Shown here: one piece after another, positions 51,422 to 63,200 of the stretch
Numbering within the stretch: position 1 is the stretch's first letter
Layout: the number at the start of each line of letters is the position of its first letter
Assembly: GCF_001194135.2 (NCBI RefSeq)
Contig: NC_068986.1
Span: forward strand, 6,760,397 to 6,824,396
Reading direction: 5' to 3'
DNA from: Octopus bimaculoides
Lineage: Eukaryota
Length of the DNA stretch: 64,000 nucleotides
Notes under the pieces: model-generated
The model's input: the letters and a program-made list of their open reading frames with translations, nothing else
What the model was told of the DNA's origin: nothing
Databases searched by the model: none
Program-made: the position numbers and the translations under genes

Positions 51422-53108
51422 CAATGAGCAGAAGAATTCTTATGGCATTTCAGTTGAAAAGAAAACAACATAAGATCTCAAGGATCTCTGACAAAAAGAC
51501 TTGTCACAACTCTTTAAATGAGTTTTTTTAGAGACTATAAAATGGTAAAAATAGCAATTATTTCAAAACAGTTATTTTTCATATGTAGTCCAGGTAAGAA
51601 GGTTGAAAAATAGAATTGGTGTTGGTTTTACATTCAATTTCCCAAAAAGAATTTGCAACAGCAGTTTTCTACAAATTTCAACTTTAAATTCACAACATTA
51701 AGTTAGTTGATTTATTCTGTTTAAACTTCAACTGGATTTTATACAACTTGATATAACTAGGGTCAACAGTAATAAATGTGAAACCCAAGTTATTGTAACA
51801 CCACTACTAGAGAAGTCTTCTTTGTAAGTTAGTGTCTTCTGTATTAGATGTCAGCTTGAGGTTCTCTAAACAAAAGCATGTGAAATGAATCAAGTGGATG
51901 TTTTTGTGAATGCCAGCACTAAACAGTTTTTTCCCCCCTATTTGTGCTTGGTGGAGCCTTTTCTACTCCATAAAAACGTAAGCTTCTTGAGGTAAACTTA
52001 AACATATCAGCAATGAACTGGAACTTCTATCACACCTGAGTTACTCATCTAGGTGAGCTGCCTTTAAACAACTTTATAAACAGTTACACTGTCCAACATG
52101 AGAAACAAGAAGGTCAAGCTGAGAATCTTAGGCTAACACAGGATGTAATTTGGCTCAATTGAAATAAACGGAAAGTGGTTTGACCTTTGAGGAGCAGGAA
52201 GTTGAGAGGAATTTTTTTTTTGTTTTTGTTACTATTCTCAAAGAAGATAAAACATGCCTTGATTTAAGCCTTGCTTAACAATGAGACTAATGTTTACTTT
52301 GAGATTCAGGTTTGTAGGATAAACATTATCCTAAAATCCATCAATAAATATTATTTCATAAAAATACAATTATTATTCAAAGAAATAACACTATCAACCC
52401 ATTCCATGAAAATAACTTAAAATCTCATTTGCTACATATATTGGGGTTCTTATCCAGAAACAGCACAGCTTAAAAGTTGACCAAAACTACATTATGAGGA
52501 ATTACTTAGTCTTAAACAGTTTATAACAAATGTAAACAAAAGTCTAACACACCTGGATTTAGTGGTGGTGGTCCCTTTTGGGACGAGCATATTACTTGAA
52601 TAGTTTAATATGGATTTAAATTATAGGAAGTATGTTATTGAAAAAGATTGATCAGCTTGGATCAATGACACACTTAAGAATAGGATATCAAAATACTTAT
52701 ATTACACATTTGAATTTTTGACCACTTATACTCCATTATTATTTAAAAGAATCCACAACTTGAAATCAAAACAATCAAAAACTGATCTCAATCCGACACA
52801 ACATCACTGAACAGTTATTCAGTCAACCAATAAAAAAAACCCTGAAGTAGTTATTACATTGTAGAAACAGTAGAATAGCTTGATATTATTTAATACGTTT
52901 TTTTAAAAATTTTTTTAAATAAATAACTTCTGAATTTTCTTACCATTCTGTTCTTGTTGACAAACTACTTGTTCAGAAACCACTTCTTGTTGACAAACCA
53001 CAGTTACTGAAGAAATAGTTGATTCACTGAAAATAGACAAAGCATAAACTACATTGGAATGAACTATCCTAACTTTTTGAATAATAACAACAACGGTAAC
53101 CACATAAC

Positions 53109-53455
53109 TATAGTAACGCCGTGCGCATGCGTAGTCTCACGCACGCGTGGAATTCAACATCCAAGCTTTCCCGCTTTATTCTGTCTCTTTCTTGACTGGC
53201 CAGCGATTGAGCAAGGACGTGTCTAGCTGTCTCTCTCCATCTTTCGAACTCACGCTAGACAGCTCACATCAACATACCAACAACCATGTTCTCACAAACA
53301 GAAGGCGTCTCAACAACCAAGAGTAAAGCTGTATATTTTCCACCATAAATAAATATTGTTTGTGTTAATAGTTTGGAGTTCTGCATTCCGTTCAATTTTA
53401 ATTTAATATAGGAAAGCAGGTGTACATCTAATGATGTATAACCCACTTTCCTATA
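53109..53455 (+). mobile_element. Solo LTR, copy 1 (347 bp)
   Basis: TATAGTAACGCC...CTTTCCTATA flanked by 4-bp TSD TAAC; internal AATAAA; homologous to 57779-58098. Confidence 0.75.
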
Positions 53456-54129
53456 TAACCATTGGCATTTTTTAGATTGATACAAACATAATGCAGTATA
53501 TTTTCAAATTTTTCAGGCATGACTAAAACAATACAAAGATCTTTGATAATTTAGTTGTAAAATTTCTGAGCTTTAAGTGATGTTAAAAAAACAGAAAGCA
53601 AGAAAAAAGTAAAAAGATTTAAGTATTGCTGATTTGTATTGAATCTGCTCTGCAAATATTGAACGAGGGAAAGAATGACTTCAGCTGAGTCAATGTGAGG
53701 AGTTGTAATGTTGCTTATAAAAATCTCCACTGGTGGCAGTTGTCATCAATCCCATATTGGATGAAAGCATCAGTATACTGAAATCGCTTGATGTTGCTAG
53801 TTGAGAGTGGTCTCGTATTTGTTGAAGATGCCTTATTAACAGCTATGAAGGTTGAGAGGGGGGGGGGAGAGAAAGCCCAAACTATGTATGGGGGTTAATT
53901 AAGTATGATTTATTATCTTTATATATAATATTTAGACATAACAGAATAAGACAGCAGGTTTCAGGAATATGGTGATGAAGATGGTCTTATCAGGTTTTTA
54001 AAAATCTATTTTCCTATAAGGATATGGACAGATTAGCAATAGAGCAGCTGTTCACCTACTTTAGTTTTTAATACTTTCAACACATAGAGACTTTTACTGG
54101 ATCAGATGACTTTTGAATTAATTCACATT

Positions 54130-56190
54130 TCATCATCATCATCATTTAACGTCCACTTTCCCTGCTGGCATGGGTTGTTAGATGGTTTGACTGGAACTGT
54201 AAGCAAGAGAGCTGCATCAGGTTTCAGTCTGATTTGGCATGGTTTCTATAGTTGGATGCCCTTCCTAATGCCAACCACTCCAAGAATGTAAAGGATAGTT
54301 TTTATGTACCACTTACATGACACCGGTAATGGCTATGACTAAGATTTTCATGGATACCATTTACATGACATTGGCAATGACCACGACTATGGTTTCACTT
54401 GACTCGATGAGTCTTCTCAAGCACTGCATATTGCCAAGGTCTTGGTCATCTCTCATCACCTCCATAAGGTTCAACATTCAAAGATAAGGCTTCACCACCT
54501 TGTCCCTCACCTCCATGAGGCCCAACATTCAAAGATCATGCTACCAGCAACAGCCATGGTTACAACTTCACAGGTACCATTTACATGACACCAGCAAGTC
54601 TTCTCAAGCACAGCATATTGTCAAAGGTCTCAGTCACTAGTCATTGCACTGTGATGCTCAATATTTAAAGATCGTACTTTCACCACCTCGTCCCATATCT
54701 TCCTGGGTCTACCGCTTCCATAGGTTACCTCCAGTTAGAGATCAGCACTTCTTTACACAGCTGTTCTCATCCATATGCATCACATGACCACACCAGTGCA
54801 GTTGTCTCTCTTGTACACCACATCTAATGATTTTTATGCTCAAGTTTCCTCTCAAGACACTTATGCTCTGTTGCTCATGCACATTGACATTACACATCTA
54901 GTGAAACATGCTAGCTTTATTTCTTTTCAACATTCACATGTCTTGTGGTAACAGCCCACATTACACTGCTGTGGAAAATGGTTGATTCCACACAAGCAAC
55001 ATACAGTCTGCCTTTCATTTTGCAGGAGAAGCCCTTTAAATACCGAAGTATTTTATTTGTTAAATGTTAACATCTTTCACACACATTTGTCACATCATTT
55101 AGTGCCCATCTTCCATGCTGGAGTGGATTTAATGCAGGACCAGTTTAGGCACTTGCCTCCATATATGAAAATAGTGTATGATGAATTTAGTGTTCAGGTA
55201 GGTGTCCACTTAGGATCTGTCCTCAGTCCCTTCCTATTCATCATCATCCTCCTCTAAGCCATAACAGAGGAATTTCAGATTGGAAACCCATGGGAACTAC
55301 TATATGCTGAGGATCTTGCATACTCTGTAACAGAATTAGAAAAACTCCAGGTGTAGAAACAGAACCTGGAATCAAAGGGTCTTAAAGTAACCAAGGTTTT
55401 TGTAAGCAGAAAATTAGACAGGACCCTTCATCCTTTCAGTAAATGGTCCTGCTCAATATGTAGGAAGGGTAAAGGCAGAATTTCTATTTGGTGTACTTAG
55501 TGCAAGCTATGGACACATGAGAAATGCAGTGGAATAGTAGGAAGGTTAACAGAGGAAGCAGAGTTTGTATGTGAAAGATGAACAGGAGTTTCAAAGACCA
55601 CTGATACACAGGAAACTAATTTACTCAAAAGCCCTGATGACTCTCTGGAAGTTGTAAATAATTTTTGCTACCTAGATGACCTAATTAGCAGTGGAGGAGG
55701 ATGTACAGAAAGTGTGATTGCTAGAATAAGAGAAGGGCAGAGAATGTTTAGAGAGCTTTTACTTCTATTGGCAACCAAAATTTCTTTCTCTGAGTGAAGG
55801 GACGATTGTATAATGCATATATATGAACTGTGATACTGCATGGTAGTGAGATGTGTACCTCAATGCGGAAGAGATGCAAAAGCTGATATGCTGGATGTGT
55901 GATGTTAGTGTGCTTGTGCAACAGAGCATTTAGAGAGAAGTCTGGCAAAAGAGGAATTAGATGCAGTGTGCCAGAGATGATACTGCATTGGTATGGTCAC
56001 ATGATGGATGAAGACAGTTATATTTAGAAGTGCCAATCACTGAAAGTGGAGAGAAGTTGTGGAAGAAGGAGACCCAGAAAGGCATGGAACAAAGTACTGA
56101 AGGCTGATTTTTAAATGCTGAGCTTTACAAAGGAAATGACAGAGGACTGAGATATGTGGCACATTGCTATACCTACAAAGGCAGGTAACA
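54130..56190. mobile_element. RTE LINE fragments: minus 54130-54990, plus 55140-56190
   Basis: VGVHLGSVLSPFLFII...PWELLYAEDL; FCYLDDLISSGGGC. Confidence 0.85.
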
Positions 56191-56679
56191 TAGTCTGAGA
56201 TTGTGTTACCCAAGGACTTACAAAAATACATGGGAAAGAAAAAAATTATTATTTCTAAAATAAACCTCAGAGTAAGAGGTGTCATCAACTTAATGGAACA
56301 AATAATTAGTTTTGTAATCAATTTTTGCCTTCTCAGACTTATTCCTAAAAACAACAGGATGAAAGGATGTGAGCAAGCAGTTAAGAGATGCTGAGAAATA
56401 TCAGTAAAATGGAAAACAAAATAAGCATTTGAATCTTACACATACTGACAGCAGTTGACTATTTTCATTACAAAGATTGAATGTCTGACAATACTATCGT
56501 TTAACTCTACATCTACACATCATCAATGAACACAAGTTAAAGCTGAACATCAAACATACTGACCTGAGGCTGTGGGAAGGAGCAGAAGTCAGCAAAGATA
56601 CCCTTCAGTTTCAGGGTGAGGATTAAAGATAAATAACTAAATAAGTTTCTTTTTTTGAAAATGAACTATCATTGTTTAC

Positions 56680-56790
56680 CTGAACATGGCACTAATAACA
56701 CCAGTTATATTTCTGGATTGGTTTCTTAAAGGAATAATGATGCTAGAGTTGCAAATATTTACAACTGGTGACTTCTTAATAACCAGCAAC
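56680..56790 (-). CDS. TCTN2: TCTN2-like N-terminal exon: (R)LLVIKKSPVVNICNSSIIIPLRNQSRNITGVISAMF(R)
   Basis: Acceptor tttatttgtag, donor gtaaac, phase 2 to 2, 111 nt. Confidence 0.65.
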
Positions 56791-57489
56791 CTACAAATAA
56801 AATTAAAAAGAACATAAATGAACATTTTCTCATGTGTGTGTGTGTGTGTGTATAATTTAATGTAAACAATATAAAGAAACAAGCTACTAATATTTTCTTG
56901 CTTTGGATACATGGGGCTAGGCAGGTTTCATGTTCCTAGCTCTGCCTCCTGCCAAGTAGGTCTCCTTCCCCTATTCCTACCCATGCAACTTTTGTTTCTT
57001 TCAATCTGACCCTTCCATTTGCCAAATATCCTCTCTTCTCCTTTAGATGTGACTACAACTTGTAAATCTTCTCGTCCACAGCTCTTTTACTTGTTGCCAA
57101 ATCCAGCCTGCATCATTTTCCTTTTTTTTTTTAGTATTCCCATTGCAACACATTTCTCTCTTCATCCAAAAAACTACCAGACCCACTATCCATTGTTATT
57201 CATCACCTCATTTACTCTGTTAAAAATGTAATTTATTGCATTAAATGTTGAGTCTGGAGCTCAATAAATATTGAAGAATCTTCTCAAAGATTAACTAATT
57301 TAGAGAACCATTTCCGAGTGTCTAATGGAACTTCCCGTTTCCAGGTCACTCCCAGTACTATCTTGCTTTTGGAAGTTTCCAACAAGCAAATGGTTTACTT
57401 TTTGCTTAGGGACATCCACAACAAAGTGTCAGTAGCTGATTGGTTTCCTTTATTTCATACCTCCCCCACACTGATAAATGTCCACACAT

Positions 57490-57766
57490 AGACACTGGAC
57501 TAGCTCCCGTGCAGGTGGCATGTAAAAAACACCTTTTTGAGAGTGGCCATTGCCAGTACTGTGTGACTGGCCCTCATGCCGGTGGTACGTAAAAGCACCC
57601 ACTACACTCTCGGAGTGGTTGGCATTAGGAAGGGCATCCAGCTGTAGTAACTCTGCCAGATCAGATTGGAGCCTGGTGCAGCCTTCTGGCTTGCCAGTCC
57701 TCAGTCAAATCGTCCAACCAATGCCAGCATGGAAAGCAGACGTTAAACGATGATGATGATGATGAT
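57490..57766 (+). mobile_element. RTE 3' tail fragment
   Basis: Family UTR and (GAT)n tail. Confidence 0.85.
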
Positions 57767-57778
57767 ACATCATACATC

Positions 57779-58098
57779 TGTAGTAACGCCTTGTCTCATG
57801 CGCATGCGTAGTCATCAATATCCAAGTTTGGTGCCCTTATTCATTCTCTTTTCTCGCCGGCCAGCGAAGAGGTCAGACACACAAGCAGTCTGTCTCCAAC
57901 ATTCCAACTCTGGAGCTAGACAAATAACCACTCAACATCAATGACGGTGTCTCAGCAACCAAAGGGCGAAGTGCTGCCTATTTCCTCTGTAAATAAATAT
58001 TGTTGTGTTGATGGTTCAGAATCTGCGTTACGTTGTTTCTTCAGAATTTAATGTACGGAAGCGGTGTACACCTAATGGTGTATAACCACTTTCCTATA
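57779..58098 (+). mobile_element. Solo LTR, copy 2 (320 bp)
   Basis: TGTAGTAACGCC...CTTTCCTATA flanked by 4-bp TSD CATC. Confidence 0.78.
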
Positions 58099-58575
58099 CA
58101 TCTCTCCAAGCCCAACATAATATCTTGCCAATACAAATAAATATTTTTATCATAACAATCTACATTCCTATTCATCTATTATGCCAATTATTTGTACTCC
58201 ACTCACCCTCTCAAACTGTTCTTTCAATGCATCATCTATATTCACTTACCACTCATAATACACTGTTAGAAACAAACCTAACTTACTCCATTTCTATTCC
58301 TCAACTGCTTTTTATGCTAGATGCTTAATACACTTATATCTTTCTGCAACAAATTTTTCTCTTTTCTATCTTTACAAAGAACAAACTGTCTGAAATACCA
58401 CTCTCTTCCCTTTCTTCACAGCAAAATTAATTTATTTCGTTTCTGTAGACTGTTTGTTTTTGGTTCCATATATAAATATTCATAAACACAACACCCCCAC
58501 CCCCACTTCTGTTAGCATTAAAAGTGGATATAAAACAATTTATCATCATCTAAATTTAAAAGCAATAAAGAATAC

Positions 58576-58698
58576 CTGGGTTTGCTGAGAGATGTATCAT
58601 TTAAGAACTGCGGATTAAGGCTTAAATTCCTTGATGCACCAATAGGATCAGATGTACCGAAGCATTGAACATTAACAGGCCGACCAGGACGTAGAAAT
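58576..58698 (-). CDS. TCTN2: TCTN2-like N-terminal exon: FLRPGRPVNVQCFGTSDPIGASRNLSLNPQFLNDTSLSKP(R)
   Basis: Acceptor atatttgtag, donor gtattc, phase 2 to 2, 123 nt; within ORF 58518..58727. Confidence 0.68.
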
Positions 58699-59389
58699 CT
58701 ACAAATATATTTTTTAAATATTTTCATAAAAGAGTAACTGCATTGATATATGACAACAGAAGCAACATTTCTAGATATAAACCATACTATTCACAACAAT
58801 TTAGTCAAGGTTTTACATTAAAACTGATTTGTATCTTTTGCAAAATGGGTTTCTATTTTTAGTAATATTTTGTCAAACTAAATCCTTTTCTTGCAAAATA
58901 TATATTACTCAAGTTTATTTTCTGTATTTTCAATAACATTTTGGATATGAAAGAAACTTATCAATGAGAAGTGAAGGCATCTTTATTGAATGCACCTTTA
59001 TTCAAAATAGCATATTGTTTAGAAAAGAAAAACATTAAAAGATCTGCTCAAGTACATCCCCAACATCTCCATTACTCCACACTCAGGAGTTGATTAACAA
59101 AATATCAATGTTATTCTTTCTCTCATTTTTTGTTTTTTTAATTTTAATTAACCTTCAACTCTGCTTGCACAAAGTATTGTATCGAGGGTTCTATAGGGAA
59201 AAAAACAAAGTACCACATGAAAAAGGAGTTGATATGTTTACCATAATATCTACAAGTTTTTATAGACATATTTATTTTGTTTAGGCTGTCAAAAAAGAAC
59301 CAGCTTAAAAACATAATTAACAGGTTAAAAGAAAGGATAATCTGTGAGACTGAATATGCTTTTTAAGTTAATAAACTGGATTTTGGCAC

Positions 59390-59448
59390 CTTTTCTCTCT
59401 AGGTACAAAACAGCCATACAGAGCTGTTCTGTAATTATTGCAGGTCAA
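59390..59448 (-). CDS. Tentative exon: LTCNNYRTALYGCFVPREK(R)
   Basis: Acceptor gctttttag, weak donor gtgcca, phase 0 to 2; fits 58698 but has no identified upstream partner. Confidence 0.3.
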
Positions 59449-59814
59449 CTAAAAAGCACAAGAGAATGAATATTTTATCTTTTGAAGTAAACTATAAAGA
59501 ACAGATTTAAAACATGAGGCTGTAAAAGGAGAAAAGAAATTAGAAAAAACTTTAAAGTTTGTGTAACAATGCTTTCTTAAATTCCCAGTGTTCCAAGACT
59601 GTAATTTGTCTGCATCAACAAAATTTTTGCAGATATTTATTTACAATTCTTGTCTATTTTCTAAGATCAATTAATATTAGATAAATGACTTTTTGAGAAA
59701 AAAAATATTCACAGGCAACCATAGTCCAACCAGTGAATTCTATTCACATAATTTGAATTGTGTATTTTTGGAGTTAATATTTTGTTTTTCTTTCAAGTAT
59801 ACTGAAATCAATAT

Positions 59815-60800
59815 CATCATCATTTAACGTCAGCTTTCCATGCTAGCATGGGTTGGCCAATTTGACTGAGGACTGGCGAACCAGATGGCTGCACCAGGCT
59901 CCAATCTGATCTGGCAGAGTTTCTACAGCTGGATGCCCTTCCTAATGCCAACCACTCAGAGTGTAGTGGGTGCTTTTACGTGTCACCGGCACGAGGTCCA
60001 GTCAGGTGGTACTGGCAATGGTTGAGTACAGGAAAAGCATCCAGCCATAAAACTCCTACCTCCATTTCCTTCCATCTAAGACAAGCTGGCATGGGAAAAC
60101 ATGTTAAATGAAACAAAAGTTTAGTTATTAGAAAATTCTGTTAATATATTAATTTTGTTTTTTATTTGAAATGCTAAATATTAGATACATCTTTAAATAT
60201 AGATCAATATTTTCAACTACTAAAAATTATATACAAGTACATTTAAATTTTGTATTTTTAGAAGGAAAACACCACTTACTCTACTGAGACATAGCCTTCT
60301 GTGATAGGAGGGATCAAGTATAAAGGTGAGAACTGAACCAAACTAAACCCATTGGTGCTTGGATCTTGTTGACAGTAAACAGTTACCTGCAAGAGAATGA
60401 TAGAACTGAAATCTAATGAATTTTAAAATATATCTTAATTTTGGTTGTTTCATTAGCATAATGAAAATGAAAAAAATTAAGCTGCTATATTAATATTTGA
60501 TGAAATCATCATCATCATCGTTTAACGTCCGCTTTCCATGCTAGCATGGGTTGGACGATTTGACTGAGAACTGGTGAAACCGGACGGCTACACCAGGCTC
60601 CAATCTGATTTGGCAGTTTCTACAGCTGGATGCCCTTCCTAACGCCAACCACTCAGAGAGTGTAGTGGGTGCTTTTATGTGTCACCCACACGAAAACGGC
60701 CACGCTCGAAATGGTGTCTTTTACGTGCCACCCGCACAAGAGCCAGTCCAGGGGCACTGGCAACGATCTCGCTCGAAAACCCTACAAGGCCAGTCAGGCA

Positions 60801-60837
<37 letters not shown>

Positions 60838-60990
60838 TGTACGTATTGTCGTCGTCGTTAACGTCCACTTTCCATGCTAGCATGGGTTGGACAATTTGAC
60901 TGAGGACTGGTGAAACCGGACAGCTACACCAGGCTCCAATCTGATTTGGCAGAGTTTCTACAGCTGGATGCCCTTCCTAACACCAACCAC
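59815..60990 (-). mobile_element. Three RTE 3' tails (~59815, ~60505, ~60845) flanking exon 60280-60386
   Basis: Near-identical catcgtttaacgtccgctttccatgctagcatgggttgg copies. Confidence 0.85.
60280..60386 (-). CDS. TCTN2: Probable upstream exon of the same gene: VTVYCQQDPSTNGFSLVQFSPLYLIPPITEGYVSV(E)
   Basis: Strong acceptor cattctcttgcag and donor gtaagt, phase 0 to 2, 107 nt; carries the VxVxC motif; link to downstream exons unresolved. Confidence 0.55.
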
Positions 60991-61039
60991 TCTGTAAAAT
61001 ATACTTGTTTACTGGGTTTAGTTACTGGAGCCAAGCTGG

Positions 61040-61480
61040 AGAACTGGCTTTTCAGAGTTTTAGCTGATCACAACTCCAGCTGTCTATTTAAGGCTCTATA
61101 TGGCCATGGTGCAGCCACACTTGGAATTTGCATCACCAGTCTGGAACCCCTATCTTGCTCAGAACATTGACCTCCTGGAAACTGTTCAGAGACGGGCAAC
61201 CAAGCAAATACCCTCCATCAGGCATCTACCATACTCTGAAAGCCTTGCTTCCCTTCCCTGGGCATTGATACATTAAAGCTCTGACATCTGGCAACTGATT
61301 TGGTAAACAGAATTATTAACCATTGTGCCAACAACAACCTTCAACACCTTTTTGAATTCCATGTATCTAATACACGCAAGCATGCCTACAAAGTCAGAAA
61401 ACAGTATAACTCCCATGACTTTCAGGAACATTTTTCACACCCAGAGATGCTGAAGAATGTAACAAATTACCTGCCTCAGT
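61040..61480 (+). mobile_element. CR1-type LINE RT C-terminal remnant
   Basis: LYMAMVQPHLEFASPVWNPYLAQNIDLLETVQRRATKQIPSIRHLPYSE. Confidence 0.8.
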
Positions 61481-62379
61481 TGTAAGCTGCTGAGACATTG
61501 CAGCCAATTACACCTGATACCCCTCCTCCATGTATATGCACACCTGTATATCATGACTCATACATTGTTCACTTTCCTGACTTTTGTACATAATTCTATG
61601 TATTATACATGCACTCTTAATAATTAGTGCACCTGAGCACTATACACAATTTCATTATTATTATTTCATATTAGCAATGAAAGTAGCATTAACGTCGAGA
61701 GATAATATTTATCCCGACTTAAATGTGGATATTTTGTTAGAACAAATCTTACTGTTGATGCTTGACTGCTAGAAACAGCAGTGAGTCATCTTTGTGCCAG
61801 TGATATATAGAAAATCAGTGTCAGAACAGGTGCCGGTATTGCGATTAGCCAGTGAGAGAGTTAAATATCTATTAGTGACAGGGGCAGTATTAATGACGAT
61901 AGGTAATATTCATCCCCACTTAAACATGGATGTTCTGTTAGATAACATGAGCGCCCATCATTGACGAAACCAAACGAAGGTCAAAATCGTGATCTAGCGG
62001 TTTTGGTGCTAGAGATGGCAGGGATTAATCTCCCTGCTAGCGACATAAACAAGTGTGCATTTTGCACCAAAAACCAATACGAGAGTTTCTCATATCTATC
62101 TCAGTAAAGTTTGTTAAGTGGGGATAAATAGCGTTAACCAAGTTACCAGTCTGTTTTTAGCAAATGACTGAGTTATCCAAATGCTGCTGTTCTTGGTGGA
62201 GAAGGGCTATAGACCAAAGAGATTCTCAGGAAGCTTTAGCCCATTCAGCAAATGCTTTGACAGTATATGAATTGCCTTCTGATCATTATAGAACTTGAAT
62301 CAGGTATTCTCAAGCACCATACTTGAGACAGTTGACACAACTAACTCCACTTATCTAGTTGCAAGGTATTGTTGTTCCT

Positions 62380-63200
62380 CAGGTTTTAGATCTACTTGAT
62401 GAAGATGCTCAGAATATTTCTTTCTCTTGGTCATGGATGATTGGGCCTCATGCTGACAACTTGGACAGAAACTGGCAAGCCTGAGGACTGCACCAAGCAC
62501 TGCAGTCCTACAATTGGCATGGTTCCTACAATCAGATGCTCTTCCTACGGCCAACCACTTTACAGAGTGGACTGAGTGATTTTTATGTGGCACCAACAGT
62601 GAGATCAGCAGGAACCTTGCAAGACAAAACCTCTCAACTGAGGAGAGAATAGTATTGAAAGAAGTGACCTTGTGCCAGATGATTAGAGGTCCAAGTATGG
62701 CAGAGGGACAGAAACAGGTGTCTTGCTGTAGAGAAGATACATGGTTGCAGCAGTTGGAGAAAAAGAGAAAGAAAAGAGGAAGATGCATTGGAGAAGGTCA
62801 TGGATGAAGGCAGAATGTTCTTAGGAAGATGAGTTGTGGCAGAAAGATTCATCAGGGACATTGTGTGCAGGTTAATTCACAAGAGTGCTAAAGGATAATG
62901 GAGATAGAGCAGAGAAGAGGCTTAAACATAAACATGCCTTTAGGGCCTTCTCAAACACAGCAAGTCATCAATCATTTCAGTCCTTTGTCATTGCTGTGAG
63001 GTTCAACATCTGAAAGTCATTTTTCACCACTTTGTCCCATGTCTTCCTGGGTCCCCCTCTTCTACAGGTTCTATCAACATTTAGCAGTTAACACTTCTTT
63101 ATGTAGCTGTCCCCGTCCACATGACCACACTAGCCCAGTCTTCTCTCTTGAACACTACATCTGATGCCTCTTCAGCTCAATCTTTCCCTCAGCAACTCTA
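62380..63200 (-). mobile_element. RTE 3' fragments
   Basis: Family UTR and end-of-ORF2 sequence, degenerate. Confidence 0.6.

Larger units (their letters stand above)
16848..60386 (-). other. TCTN2: Tectonic-family (TCTN2-like) multi-exon gene span; 5' end not found, probably beyond the window
   Basis: Phase-consistent GT-AG exon chain encodes the tectonic Cys motif CSCDLKGMMCDINCCCDSDC, ENPGYLPGRPV, CALAGKRQIMFGEDIYSSC, HWIKIL and SVAVNFIHVP. It ends CWQEILYP plus a hydrophobic tail, which matches the TCTN2 C-terminus as I recall it rather than the LPxDFFxPF end of TCTN1/3. Confidence 0.9.

Noticed and set aside
52915-53103. ORF MVTVVVIIQKV... as the TCTN2 signal-peptide exon
   Set aside because: No usable donor in phase, probable exons lie further upstream, and the QQEVV repeat comes from a small local duplication.
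53109-58098. The two LTRs as the ends of one full-length retrotransposon
   Set aside because: Each has its own distinct TSD, the copies are strongly diverged, and the interval holds RTE fragments and a host exon rather than gag-pol.
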